Shown in pieces: positions 1 through 11,879 of a stretch of 64,000 bases of DNA (position 1 is the stretch's first letter; every line of letters starts with the position of its first letter). Under the pieces are notes generated by a model that saw only the letters and a list, made by a program, of their open reading frames with translations, was not told the DNA's origin and searched no databases. A program made the translations under genes and the position numbers. The stretch is from the NCBI GenBank assembly GCA_039798785.1, contig JBDKFG010000008.1:32001-96000 (forward strand), given 5' to 3'. The DNA comes from Verrucomicrobiota bacterium (GTDB lineage Bacteria > Verrucomicrobiota > Lentisphaeria > Lentisphaerales > Lentisphaeraceae).

Positions 1-893
1 GCCATTTCGCCTTCCTCCAGGGCGAGCTTTTCTTCGAGGCCTGCGCCAGCTGCAGCGCCTCCGGCAAGGTCGAGAGCAAGTGCAAGGCAGGCTGCAAGGA
101 AGGCGCCTGCACCTCGTCGAAATGCGAAGGCGGCGAAATCTCCTACCGCGGCGCCGGCGGCGACAGCATCCACAAAAAATGCCCGGTCTGCCAAGGCAGC
201 GCCAAGTGCCCGCGCTGCCAAGGCTCGGGGAAGGGCGAAAGCAATTGCGGCAAATGCTCCGGGAAGGGCCAGCGCCGCACTCTCGCCAAGGTGCCGGAGC
301 TCTACGCCGCCGCCCTGACCGAGCTGTGCAGCCTTTCCGACGAAGTCGCAGCCAAGGGCTACAGCAGCCAGGACAGCCTCCCCGACCCGGTGCTTCCAGC
401 AGCTAAGAAGCCTGACCTCGTCGCCGCCAAAGCCCCCGCCACCGCCGAACTCAAGCCGGCCCCCGCCGGCAGCCTCGTCCCCAAGCTGATGCCGAAACTC
501 GTCAACCGCGACGGCAAGAAACCGGACGCAAAAGCCCTCGGCAAGCCGCAGTATGTCGCCTACTACTTCTCCGCCTCCTGGTGCGGCCCCTGCCGGGCCT
601 TCTCGCCGAAGCTGATCGCCGAGTACGAAGCCCTGAAAAAGGGCGGCGTCCAGGTGATTCTCGCCGGTTGCGACTCAGACAAGGATTCGATGCTGGCCTA
701 CATGAACACCAAGGATCACCCCCAGCCCTGGCCCGGCCTCTGCCGCCAAGACCAGGGAGCCTTCGGCTTCGACGCCTACGGCATCAGCGGCATACCCGCC
801 ATGGTCATCGTCGATTCCAACGGCGCAGTCGTCGCCAAAGGCTACGCCGAGATGATGTTGATGAAAGCCAAGGAGCTCGCCGCCGGAAAATGA
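1..893 (+). CDS. 5'-truncated protein: DnaJ-type CxxCxGxG zinc-finger region fused to a C-terminal thioredoxin-like (nucleoredoxin/tryparedoxin-type) domain
   Basis: The frame of ORF 291..893 is open back to the window start (HFAFLQ...CASCSASG...CPVCQGSAKCPRCQGSGKGESNCGKCSGKG). The C-terminal part has YFSASWCGPCRAFSPKL and a cis-Pro GIPAMVIVD. Confidence 0.8.
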   Translation, partial: HFAFLQGELFFEACASCSASGKVESKCKAGCKEGACTSSKCEGGEISYRGAGGDSIHKKCPVCQGSAKCPRCQGSGKGESNCGKCSGKGQRRTLAKVPELYAAALTELCSLSDEVAAKGYSSQDSLPDPVLPAAKKPDLVAAKAPATAELKPAPAGSLVPKLMPKLVNRDGKKPDAKALGKPQYVAYYFSASWCGPCRAFSPKLIAEYEALKKGGVQVILAGCDSDKDSMLAYMNTKDHPQPWPGLCRQDQGAFGFDAYGISGIPAMVIVDSNGAVVAKGYAEMMLMKAKELAAGK

Positions 894-920
894 ACGGGGG
901 CTTGATTGAAAGGCGAGTAC

Positions 921-1745
921 ATGAATGACAGCCTCGGTGGACGATTCAAGCTCTCCCTCATCCCGGTTCTTTTCCTGGGGATCGCCGCCGCCTCGCACGA
1001 AGGCCATCCCGAGCGGATGGCCGCAATCGAGGCCGGCTTAAAAGCCGATCCCGGCGACGTCGGCCTGCTCCTCGAGCGCGCCGCCATCCACGAAGAGGAG
1101 GGCCGTTTCGACCTCGGCCTCGCCGATCTCGCCGCAGCGGCAAGGATCGATCCGGTCCGGGCGGATTTCGCCCTGCTGCGAGGACGTCTCCTCCTCGCCG
1201 CCGCCCGCCCTCGCGCCGCCCTGGCCGAGATCGAAGCTTCGCTTTTGCGGCAAGGCCAGAATCCCGAAGCCCTCCTCTGGCGCGGCCGCTGCCATCGCGC
1301 CCTCGGCGACGCAGCCGCCGCCAGCCGCGATTTCGAACTCGCCTGCCACAACTTGCCGGAGCTGACCGCAGAACTGGCGATCGAAAAGGCGCGCCTCGCC
1401 CTGCTCCCCGGCGGCGGAGGTGCGGCAGCCGCCTGCCAGTCACTCGACAAAGAGATGAAACGTTGCCCGGCGATCGGCGTCCTTCTCGGCGAAAAGCAGC
1501 GGATCGAAACCGAGGCAGGCCTTCTCGAGGAGGCACTGGCGACTCTCGATCGACGCATCGGGCTGAGCCGCGCCCCGGAAGCGCTGCTGCTCGACAGGAG
1601 CCGCCTGCTGCGCAAACTCAAGCGCGACGCCGAAGCGCAAGCCTCCTTGCAGGAACTCCGCCGCCTGATCGCCGCCTGGCCTCCGCACCTCCACGAGGTG
1701 CCGGCCCTCAGGAAGCTGGCGCAAGAGGCAAAGCAAGAGCCCTGA
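921..1745 (+). CDS. Secreted tetratricopeptide-repeat protein
   Basis: Signal-peptide-like N-terminus followed by HEGH, then Ala/Leu-rich TPR-like helices (LLERAAIH, ALLWRGRCHRALGD). Paralogous to 47519..48355. Confidence 0.7.
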   Translation: MNDSLGGRFKLSLIPVLFLGIAAASHEGHPERMAAIEAGLKADPGDVGLLLERAAIHEEEGRFDLGLADLAAAARIDPVRADFALLRGRLLLAAARPRAALAEIEASLLRQGQNPEALLWRGRCHRALGDAAAASRDFELACHNLPELTAELAIEKARLALLPGGGGAAAACQSLDKEMKRCPAIGVLLGEKQRIETEAGLLEEALATLDRRIGLSRAPEALLLDRSRLLRKLKRDAEAQASLQELRRLIAAWPPHLHEVPALRKLAQEAKQEP

Positions 1746-1762
1746 GCACAAGGTGCAGAAGA

Positions 1763-2365
1763 TCACTTCCCGTCGCAGCGAGGCTCTTTCCAGCGACGGA
1801 ACAGGTCGTGCGGCACCTCGAACAGATCCAAGGCCTTGCCGGCTACGAAATCGACCAGGCCCTGGTAGCTGCTGTCGCCGTGATAGAAACCCGGGGAAGC
1901 CGGCAGGACGATGCCGCCGGCGAGGGTGACGGCTCGCATGTTTTCGATGTGGATCAACGAAATCGGGGTTTCGCGGAAGACCAGGACCAGCTTGCGGCGC
2001 TCCTTCAGGCAGACGTCGGCGGCTCGTTCGGTGAGATTGGAGGCATAGCCGTGGGCGATGCCGGCAAGGGTCTTGGCCGAGCAGGGAATGACTAGCATGC
2101 CGTCGTGACGGAAGCTGCCGGAGGCGCAGCCGGCCCCGACATCCTGGTGGTTCTGGACTTCGATCAGGGCCCTTTTCTCCGGCGGCAGCGAGTCGAGCCA
2201 GGCGGTGAAGTTCTCATCGAGCTCCTCCTGCCAGACCTGGCGGGCGACGGGCGAGGCGATGAGAAGGACGCGCCGGCCGGCTGCGACCAGTGCGCCCAGC
2301 GCGGCACGCGCGTATGGAGCGCCAGAGGCGCCGCTCAAGGCGAGGACGATGCGGCCGGTGGACAT
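1763..2365 (-). CDS. ubiX: Flavin prenyltransferase UbiX
   Basis: IVLALSGASG, ASGSF, IPCSAKTLAGIAHGYASNLTERAADVCLKERRKLVLVFRETP, PASPGFYH motifs. Confidence 0.93.
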   Translation of the reverse strand: MSTGRIVLALSGASGAPYARAALGALVAAGRRVLLIASPVARQVWQEELDENFTAWLDSLPPEKRALIEVQNHQDVGAGCASGSFRHDGMLVIPCSAKTLAGIAHGYASNLTERAADVCLKERRKLVLVFRETPISLIHIENMRAVTLAGGIVLPASPGFYHGDSSYQGLVDFVAGKALDLFEVPHDLFRRWKEPRCDGK

Positions 2366-2447
2366 GGAGAGCCAGGGGTTGATAGATTGGAAAATGGAAA
2401 CTTGAAAGGCCGGGAAAGCTTTTGCTTGCCTTCCGGCCTGCTGGCCA

Positions 2448-3569
2448 TCAGCCGCGGCCGCTGCCGGGGAAGGCGGCCTGGTACTGCGCCGGGCACTGGG
2501 CGCGCCAGCGCAGCAGGTGATCACAGAGGACGAGCGCGGTCATTGCCTCGGCGATGGGGGGGAAGCGGGGCAGCAGGCAGGGGTCGTGGCGACCGCGGGT
2601 GAGGATCGTCGTCTCTTCGCCGGCGCGATTCACCGTGGCCTGCTCGCGCGCCAGCGAGGAGGTCGGCTTGACGGCGCAGCGGAAGACGATGGCTTCGCCC
2701 GAGGTGATGCCGCCGAGCATGCCGCCGTGGTTGTTGGTCGCGGTGTGGACGGCGCCTTCCCTGCGGACGAAGAGATCGTTGTTGTCGCTGCCCCGCATCG
2801 AGGCGGCGCGGAAGCCGACACCGTATTCGAAGCCGGTGACCGCCGGGATCGACAGCATCGCCTTGGCGAGGTCGGCCTTGACCTTGTCGAAGACCGGCTC
2901 GCCTAGACCGGCGGGAACACCGCTGGCGCAGACCGTCGCCGCGCCGCCGATGCTGTCGGTCTCGGAGCGCAGCTGCTTGATCAGCTCGGCCATCTTCTCG
3001 GCGCTCGCCGGATCGGGACAGCGGGTGGGATGCGACTCGACCTGTTCTAAAGTCACGGTGCTCGGATCGGCAGCCTCCCAGATGACGGAACCGACCTGGC
3101 TGACCCAGCAGACGACGCGGATGCCGTGCGCCGCCAGGATCTTCTTGGCAAGGGCGCCGCCGGCGACCCGGGCGATCGATTCGCGGACGCTGGAACGGCC
3201 GCCGCCGCGATAGTCGCGGAAGCCGAACTTGGCGTCGAAGGTGTAGTCCGCGTGGCCGGGACGGTACTTGTCGGCAATGTCGGAGTAGTCCTTCGAACGC
3301 TGGTCTTCGTTGAGAACCACGATGGCGATCGGGGTGCCCGTGGTCCTCCCCTCGAAGACGCCGGAGAGAATCTGCGCCTTGTCGGCCTCCTGGCGCTGTG
3401 TCACCAGATTCGATTGGCCGGGACGGCGGCGGTCAAGATCCGGCTGCACGTCCTCCTCGCCGAAGGGAATGCCCGGCGGAACGCCATCGATGATGACGAC
3501 ATTGCCAAGGCCGTGCGATTCGCCAGCGGTGGTGATGCGGAAAGTGTGGCCGAAACTGCTGCCGGGCAT
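2448..3569 (-). CDS. aroC: Chorismate synthase
   Basis: GESHG, RRRPGQS, TTGTPI, RPGHADY, RGGGRSS, GGITSG, RGRHDPC signatures. Confidence 0.97.
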   Translation of the reverse strand: MPGSSFGHTFRITTAGESHGLGNVVIIDGVPPGIPFGEEDVQPDLDRRRPGQSNLVTQRQEADKAQILSGVFEGRTTGTPIAIVVLNEDQRSKDYSDIADKYRPGHADYTFDAKFGFRDYRGGGRSSVRESIARVAGGALAKKILAAHGIRVVCWVSQVGSVIWEAADPSTVTLEQVESHPTRCPDPASAEKMAELIKQLRSETDSIGGAATVCASGVPAGLGEPVFDKVKADLAKAMLSIPAVTGFEYGVGFRAASMRGSDNNDLFVRREGAVHTATNNHGGMLGGITSGEAIVFRCAVKPTSSLAREQATVNRAGEETTILTRGRHDPCLLPRFPPIAEAMTALVLCDHLLRWRAQCPAQYQAAFPGSGRG

Positions 3570-3773
3570 GGAAAACTCCTGGATTTTTTGAACCCTCCTA
3601 ATCTGCCCCGCCTGAGGGAAACCGCCATTTGCCCCGCGCCGCAAAACGCGTCAAGCAATGGCGCGGCACCCGCTTCCGGCATACTGTCATTTCCGGAACT
3701 CCCCCGGGAACCCCCATAAGGCCAATGAATCCAATTGTAGACAATCAAAAAATCAAGCCTGGAGGAATTGCCG

Positions 3774-6215
<2,442 letters not shown>

Positions 6216-6244
6216 ATTTCCCGCGAATTTTCCAAGCGAGACCC

Positions 6245-6272
6245 TTGACGAGGTGAGAAGCTCTTGTAATCT
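6245..6272 (+). promoter_or_regulatory. Putative sigma70 promoter of tRNA-Tyr
   Basis: TTGACG-N16-TAATCT, 11 nt upstream of the tRNA 5' end. Confidence 0.5.
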
Positions 6273-6283
6273 CTTGGCCTCCC

Positions 6284-6368
6284 GGCAGGATTCCCGAGCG
6301 GTCAAAGGGAGCAGACTGTAAATCTGCCAGCTATGCTTTCGAAGGTTCGAATCCTTCTCCTGCCACCA
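6284..6368 (+). tRNA. tRNA-Tyr(GTA)
   Basis: Acceptor stem GGCAGGA/TCCTGCC plus ACCA, anticodon arm gcagaCTGTAAAtctgc, long variable arm, GGTTCGAATCC T-loop. Confidence 0.97.
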
Positions 6369-6395
6369 CTTTTCGAAGCCAATGGCTTACGAACA

Positions 6396-6429
6396 AATCG
6401 CCCCCTCGAGAGAGGGGGCGATTCCTTTG
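6396..6429 (+). terminator. Hairpin/terminator after tRNA-Tyr
   Basis: 12-bp perfect stem AATCGCCCCCTC / GAGGGGGCGATT with a GAGA loop; weak U tract. Confidence 0.6.
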
Positions 6430-6697
6430 GTGTATGCAAAACGTGTCTTCAGAATTGTCTTCAAAACCCCCGCCGAGTGTATTCAATTCCGCATCGGCAT
6501 GATGATGTGTCTCTGGCTCAACCGCGCTCATTGAGGATCAATCCAGGATCGAGATGCCTGATAAGGTCAAATCTCCGCATCTTCAGTCTAGATCTCGATC
6601 AAACTAGAGATTTATGCCACATTTGACAGGAACATTATCGACAGATGTCCAGTCGAAAAGGCAATGCTTCTAGACAGATCTACTCCAAGGAGTCCGC

Positions 6698-9600
6698 ATG
6701 AATTTCAATTGTCCCGGATGCCAGATCCCCCTTCCGCTCCCTGACGGCTCCGAGGGGCGGCGCGTCCGTTGCGAACGCTGCCAGTGCAAGTTCACGGTGG
6801 AAAACCCCCCGGTGATCCTGGAAGCGGCGAAGGCCGCGCCGGCGACGCCTTCCTCCGCCACGCCGCGGACGGCCAGTCCGACAACGCCTCCTCGGCAGGC
6901 TTCGGTCCCGGGGGATCCGAGGGCTCCAGCCCGGGCCTCGAGCCGTCCCCAGAGAAAATCCGCCTTTGTACCGCTGTTCATCGGTTTGGGGCTTCTCGGA
7001 GCTGCCGGTGCGGGCGCTTGGCTCTTCTTGAAAAAGCCCGCCGCGTCACCATCCCAGGCGAGCGCCGCGGCGGCCGAAGGCGGCGCGGCTCCCCAGCAGA
7101 GCAAGCTTAAAGCCGAAGACAACTTCAAGATTCTCGGGGAAGTCAACGATCTGCCGGTCTACGGATGGATCCAAGCGCCTGAAATCGCCCCTGACCCTTG
7201 GCTCGACAAGATCGTCTCGGGCGACATCGCCCAGGCCCGGCGCGAGCTTCGGGTCGATCTCGAAAATCGTCTTGCCGGCAGCGACGCCCGTGCCTCTCTG
7301 AAAAAGGCTGCGAACGACGCCACCTCCTCCTTCCAGATGATGCGTCACGAGCTCATCCGCCTCGTCGGCCCCGGCGGGCTTGAGGAGCTCCGCAAGCGCC
7401 CCGAGGGTCCAGCTTTCCTGCGCCAGCTCTTCAGTTCGCCGGAGTGGCTCGAGGACTACCTCGTCACCGGCACCTTCGGCAGCCCGGTGGAGAACCTCAA
7501 CGAGTTGCATCTGCTCGCCTCGATCTACCGCTACGACAAACGCTGCACCCTGCCTCTCTACCGCAAGCTGGCGATCGCCTACGCCCGCAACCAGCCGGGC
7601 GAATGGGACGACGCGGCGGTGCAGTTCTCTCTCATCGACGCCTACCAGGCGAACTTGAAGAACCACCAGGAAGGAAGGATGCACGCATCCTTCGACAGGC
7701 TGCAATCCTGGGAGATGATGTTCGTCACCTCTTGCGACGACTATGCCGGCCGCATCGGCGACGCCCGCCATCAGCGCTTCCTCGCCTACGACCGCCACAG
7801 CCCGCAGCCGAGCTACGATGGCGCCTGTTGGGAGATCCCCTGGGTCAATGACAACCAGTTCGGCGATTCCTGCCAGGCCGACCCCTACTACTCGATGTGG
7901 AAGAACCACTACGTCCGCGGCGCTCCTTCGATCAAGAAGGTCTGGGGCGTCTGCGGCACCTTATCCACCTTCGGCGCCTACAATGCCCGGGCCCATGGCA
8001 TCCCGAGCTTCCCGGTCGGCCAGCCCGGCCACTGCGCCTACATGCTGCGCGACGACGACGAAAACTGGTCGACCCCCTACTCGGTGACCTGGCCCACCGG
8101 CGCAGGATCCTTCTTCGGCAGCGGCGACGAATCGATCGTCCGCCTGATGCAGGCAGCCTACGGCAACAAGCAGCGGGCGAGCCTCCTCCGCGCCGAACAG
8201 CACCGCTGGCAGCGCGAGTTCCTTCTCGAAGGCCGCGGATTCCCCCTCGAACCAGGCAGCCTCAAGCTCTACAAAGGTGACAACGTCACCACCTGCAACG
8301 TCTTTCTCGAGCGCAAACCCTTCAAGGAGATCCGCTCCACCGAGACCAATCTGCTCGCAGCGCTGAAGAAGCAGCGAGGCTGGCGCGGCGCCACCCTCGA
8401 CAGCAGCTTCCTCCTCGACCAGGCCGAATCCCTCAAGTTCAGCTTGAGCAGCGACGACGGCAGCCGCCTCTACATCGACGGCCGGCTCGCCATCGACAAT
8501 GACGGCTCGCACGCACCGGTCCTCAAGGAGGCCAGCCTGAAACTGGAGCCCGGTCGGCACACCCTCCGCCTCGAATACTTCGACGGCGGCGGCGGCGCCA
8601 GTTTCGACTTCAAGATAGACAGGGAGAAAGCCGCCGGCCGCGACACGCGCGCCGAGATCGCCCTCGAACTCGCACTCGAACAGTCGCCTCTCAACCTCAA
8701 CAACTGGCGGCTCAAGCTCCAGGACATGAAAGAGGCGGGCGTGGTCGCGCCGGATGCCTGGAGCGCCTTCGCCCGCAGCTTCGTCGCCGCGATGCGCGAC
8801 TACCACCACCCTGCCTGGAGCCTGCTCGAGCAGGAGATCTATCCTCAGCTCAAGAATCTCACCGTGGCGCAGCGCTCGGAGCTCATCATCGGCCTGCACA
8901 GAAGCCTCAACCTGAAGGCCCGCGACGCCGCCGGCGCCTGGCTGCCGCAGCACCTCGACAAGCAGCAGGCCTTCCTCGCCGATCCGGCCTCCTCGGTCAG
9001 TCTCTTCAACTCCCTTCTCGCCGTCTACGGCAGCTCAAAGAACGATCTCGCCCAGATCCTCTCCTGGGGCAACAAAAGCCTGATGGGAAATACCGCCACC
9101 AGCAAGGCCTACCTCGCCGCCTTGACCCAGTTCCTCGGCAGCAGCCGGGGCGCCGCAGCCGCCGACCCGCTCAACACCCTCGGCGAGCTCATCGCCAATG
9201 CCGAAACGGCAGGCGACATCAACAGCTTCCAGGCGATCAACCAGCTCGCCCCCAGCCTCCTCCGCGATGTCGACCCCTACAAGGCCCGCCACTTCGACAA
9301 AGGCACCGCCGAGCGCTTCCCCAAGGTCCGGAGCTTCCCAGGCAAAATCCTCTCCGCCGAAGGCATCCTGATGCCCTCCAGCCTCTTCGACAACTCCACC
9401 AACCTCACCCACGCCAGCGCCCTCGCCGGCAGCGGCTACGGCGGCATGATCCACACTAAGCGCGAGGAAAAAGCCTTCGTCGACCTCAAGCTCCCCGGCA
9501 AGGCCAAGCTCAGCGGCATCGTCATCGTCAACCGCTACGAGAATTCCGGCGAGCGCAATGTCCCGCTCAAGATCAGCGCCTCCTCCGACGGCAAGACCTG

Positions 9601-9760
9601 GACTGAAATCTTCACCAGCAAGGAAAACCTGCCGGCTTGGGAGATCGACCTCGGCAAGCAGAAGGTCGAGGCCCAGTACCTCCGCCTCGAACGCGCCGAG
9701 CCCCGTAACGACTTCCTCAATCTCCGCGCCTTCCGCGTCTACGGAACGCCGCTGTATTGA
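6698..9760 (+). CDS. Large membrane-anchored protein: Zn-ribbon, TM helix, putative transglutaminase/papain-like Cys-His core, PA14 domain and C-terminal F5/8 type C (discoidin) domain
   Basis: CPGC...CERC N-terminus; hydrophobic FVPLFIGLGLLGAAGAGAWLFL; GVCGTLSTFG...GIPSFPVGQPGHCAY; PA14 SSDDGSRLYIDG...HTLRLEYFDGGG; discoidin ISASSDGKTWTEI...FRVYG. RBS AAGGAG upstream. Confidence 0.72.
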   Translation: MNFNCPGCQIPLPLPDGSEGRRVRCERCQCKFTVENPPVILEAAKAAPATPSSATPRTASPTTPPRQASVPGDPRAPARASSRPQRKSAFVPLFIGLGLLGAAGAGAWLFLKKPAASPSQASAAAAEGGAAPQQSKLKAEDNFKILGEVNDLPVYGWIQAPEIAPDPWLDKIVSGDIAQARRELRVDLENRLAGSDARASLKKAANDATSSFQMMRHELIRLVGPGGLEELRKRPEGPAFLRQLFSSPEWLEDYLVTGTFGSPVENLNELHLLASIYRYDKRCTLPLYRKLAIAYARNQPGEWDDAAVQFSLIDAYQANLKNHQEGRMHASFDRLQSWEMMFVTSCDDYAGRIGDARHQRFLAYDRHSPQPSYDGACWEIPWVNDNQFGDSCQADPYYSMWKNHYVRGAPSIKKVWGVCGTLSTFGAYNARAHGIPSFPVGQPGHCAYMLRDDDENWSTPYSVTWPTGAGSFFGSGDESIVRLMQAAYGNKQRASLLRAEQHRWQREFLLEGRGFPLEPGSLKLYKGDNVTTCNVFLERKPFKEIRSTETNLLAALKKQRGWRGATLDSSFLLDQAESLKFSLSSDDGSRLYIDGRLAIDNDGSHAPVLKEASLKLEPGRHTLRLEYFDGGGGASFDFKIDREKAAGRDTRAEIALELALEQSPLNLNNWRLKLQDMKEAGVVAPDAWSAFARSFVAAMRDYHHPAWSLLEQEIYPQLKNLTVAQRSELIIGLHRSLNLKARDAAGAWLPQHLDKQQAFLADPASSVSLFNSLLAVYGSSKNDLAQILSWGNKSLMGNTATSKAYLAALTQFLGSSRGAAAADPLNTLGELIANAETAGDINSFQAINQLAPSLLRDVDPYKARHFDKGTAERFPKVRSFPGKILSAEGILMPSSLFDNSTNLTHASALAGSGYGGMIHTKREEKAFVDLKLPGKAKLSGIVIVNRYENSGERNVPLKISASSDGKTWTEIFTSKENLPAWEIDLGKQKVEAQYLRLERAEPRNDFLNLRAFRVYGTPLY

Positions 9761-9837
9761 ATCGCGAATGGAGCCGAAGCTCTTTGTTCTTCGCTTCTTG
9801 TTCAACTTTTAATTCTTAATCGCCTAGGAGCTCTCCC

Positions 9838-11727
9838 ATGATCCGGTTCCTCTCCGCCACCTTTCTCCTAGCCAGCCTGACCAGCTCTGCCGCCCAGCAG
9901 GCCGCCGACCTCAGCGAGGCGAAAGAGCGATGCAGCAAGGGCCTCGCCGACACCATTCTCGTCTATGCCCACGGCTCCGACTGGAATCCGGCCGGCGAGA
10001 GGCTCTTGAAAAGCCTCTGGCAGGACCCGGCACTGGCAAAAGGGCTGCCCGACTCGGTGGTCATGGTCGCCGTCGATCTCCCGGAAACCGGCTTCCGTCC
10101 CCGCTTCCGCCAGCTTCTCTCCCGCCTCCCCGCCCCCAGCGGCGCCGCGGTCACTGCGGTGAGCGGCAAGAACGGCAGCAGCTACACCCGGCAGAGCGAC
10201 GGCTCCTGGCTCGCCGACCCCAAAAGCAACCCGCATCACGAAGTTCTGTCCTTGACCTTCAAGACCGGCGCCTCCCCCTGCAGCGCACTGCGCCTCCAGA
10301 CCCTCTCGGATCCGAGCTTCGCCCGCGAACACTCGGGCCGCGCCGGCGGCAACGGCAACTTCGCCATCAACGAAGTCGAGCTCTTCGCCGGCAGCGCCAA
10401 GCTCGCCATCCGCAACGCCCTCGCCGACGCAGTGGAGAAGGACCCCAACAATCCCCGCGAGGCCAGCAATCTCATCGACGGCAGCTTCGAACCCTCCAGG
10501 ATGTGGTCGGTCCACGGTACCGACCTGAAGTCGCAGAACCTGCTTCTCGAATTGCCCCAGGACCTCGCGCCGAACAGCGACTACACCCTCAAGATCCATT
10601 GTCTCAGTCCCTGGGGCCAGCACGTTCCCGGCCGCCTCCGACTCGAAGCTGTCGAAAGCCGACTTCTGACCCCAGAGTTCACCGCGGTATTCCAACAGGC
10701 GGAGCTGGAAAACCGCAACCGCGTCCTGCAGATCGCCAATAACAACCTGCCTGCCATTTTCGCCTACTCGCCCGACGGTGAACGCTTCGGCGCCCTGGTG
10801 CCGCTCCGTCCGGAAGACCGCGCAGGCAGCATCATCAATCGCCTCGGCCCCCTGATGCAGAAACGGCGCGACTTCGACAAGCTCTACGCCGAGGCGAAAG
10901 GCGCCGCGCCTCTTGAGCTCCCGGAAAAAATGGTCAAGGCCGCCGAAGTGCTCGGCGACGAGCTCGGCCAGACTCGCCGCAAAGAGATCCTCGCCGCCAT
11001 CCACAAGGTCGATCCCAATCGCCAGAACCCCTGGTCCTGGCGCTTCGACTTCAACCTCGATTCGGTCCGCAAGGAGAAGGACGAGCGGCTCAAGGCCAAG
11101 GGCGAGCAGGCGGCCCTCGATTATCTCGACTCGGTCCTCAGCTCTCTCCGCGCCGGCCGACTCAAACCGGAACAGAAGCAGCAGCTGGTGCTGGAGAAGT
11201 TCCTCATCGCCCGGAACTGGAAAGGCCAGGAAATCCAAAAGAACCGCATCCTCGAGCAGATGGAGGCGCTCGCGCCCACCAGCCACTACGGCATCGGCGC
11301 CCGCGGCCAGATCGACTACTACGGCCATGGCATCCCGACCCTCGCCTACGGCTGGTGGCCTCGCCACGTCCAGCCCGGCGCCAATACCCTGAACATCCAA
11401 AAAGGCCTCGCCGTCCTCCTGCCGGTCAGCGGCAGCTACGACCTCACCCTGGCAACCCGCGGCGGCAGCAAAAACCCCTGCGTCATCGAAAGCGCCGCGT
11501 TCGTCGACGCCGCCGGCAAGGAGCTCAGCACCGCCGTCTCCGGCGTCACCATCGGCCCAGGCCACGACAACGAGGTCAAGCTGCGCCTCCAGCTGCCCAA
11601 GGGCAGCGATCCGGAAAAACTCAGCCTCCGCCTCAAATTCAAGCTCGATTCCGGCACCGAGCATAGCTGCACTCTGATCCTGCGACCCGCCCTCCCCGAA
11701 GACGGCCCCTTCGGCTGGGAGAAGTGA
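9838..11727 (+). CDS. Secreted hypothetical protein with a degenerate thioredoxin-like fold and an inserted beta-sandwich domain
   Basis: Signal peptide; ILVYAHGSDWNPAG resembles GSDWCxxC without the cysteines; NGNFAINEVEL insert; RBS AGGAG. Confidence 0.65.
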   Translation: MIRFLSATFLLASLTSSAAQQAADLSEAKERCSKGLADTILVYAHGSDWNPAGERLLKSLWQDPALAKGLPDSVVMVAVDLPETGFRPRFRQLLSRLPAPSGAAVTAVSGKNGSSYTRQSDGSWLADPKSNPHHEVLSLTFKTGASPCSALRLQTLSDPSFAREHSGRAGGNGNFAINEVELFAGSAKLAIRNALADAVEKDPNNPREASNLIDGSFEPSRMWSVHGTDLKSQNLLLELPQDLAPNSDYTLKIHCLSPWGQHVPGRLRLEAVESRLLTPEFTAVFQQAELENRNRVLQIANNNLPAIFAYSPDGERFGALVPLRPEDRAGSIINRLGPLMQKRRDFDKLYAEAKGAAPLELPEKMVKAAEVLGDELGQTRRKEILAAIHKVDPNRQNPWSWRFDFNLDSVRKEKDERLKAKGEQAALDYLDSVLSSLRAGRLKPEQKQQLVLEKFLIARNWKGQEIQKNRILEQMEALAPTSHYGIGARGQIDYYGHGIPTLAYGWWPRHVQPGANTLNIQKGLAVLLPVSGSYDLTLATRGGSKNPCVIESAAFVDAAGKELSTAVSGVTIGPGHDNEVKLRLQLPKGSDPEKLSLRLKFKLDSGTEHSCTLILRPALPEDGPFGWEK

Positions 11728-11879
11728 TCCGGCAATGCCGGATCACCGAAACCCACTGCTGAACCCACCGCATCCAGGATAATCGTTTCGACCTTTGCCC
11801 CTGCTGCTCAAACCGATTGTCTGGATGCGCCGGAAAACACCGCTTGTTCAATCAACCCGGGGCTCAACGCTTTCTGGCT

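Noticed and set aside
9868..11664. Long antisense ORFs (also 44323..45906, 27296..28660, 19567..20703, 53746..55242)
   Set aside because: Shadow ORFs expected in high-GC DNA opposite well-supported genes; no motifs.
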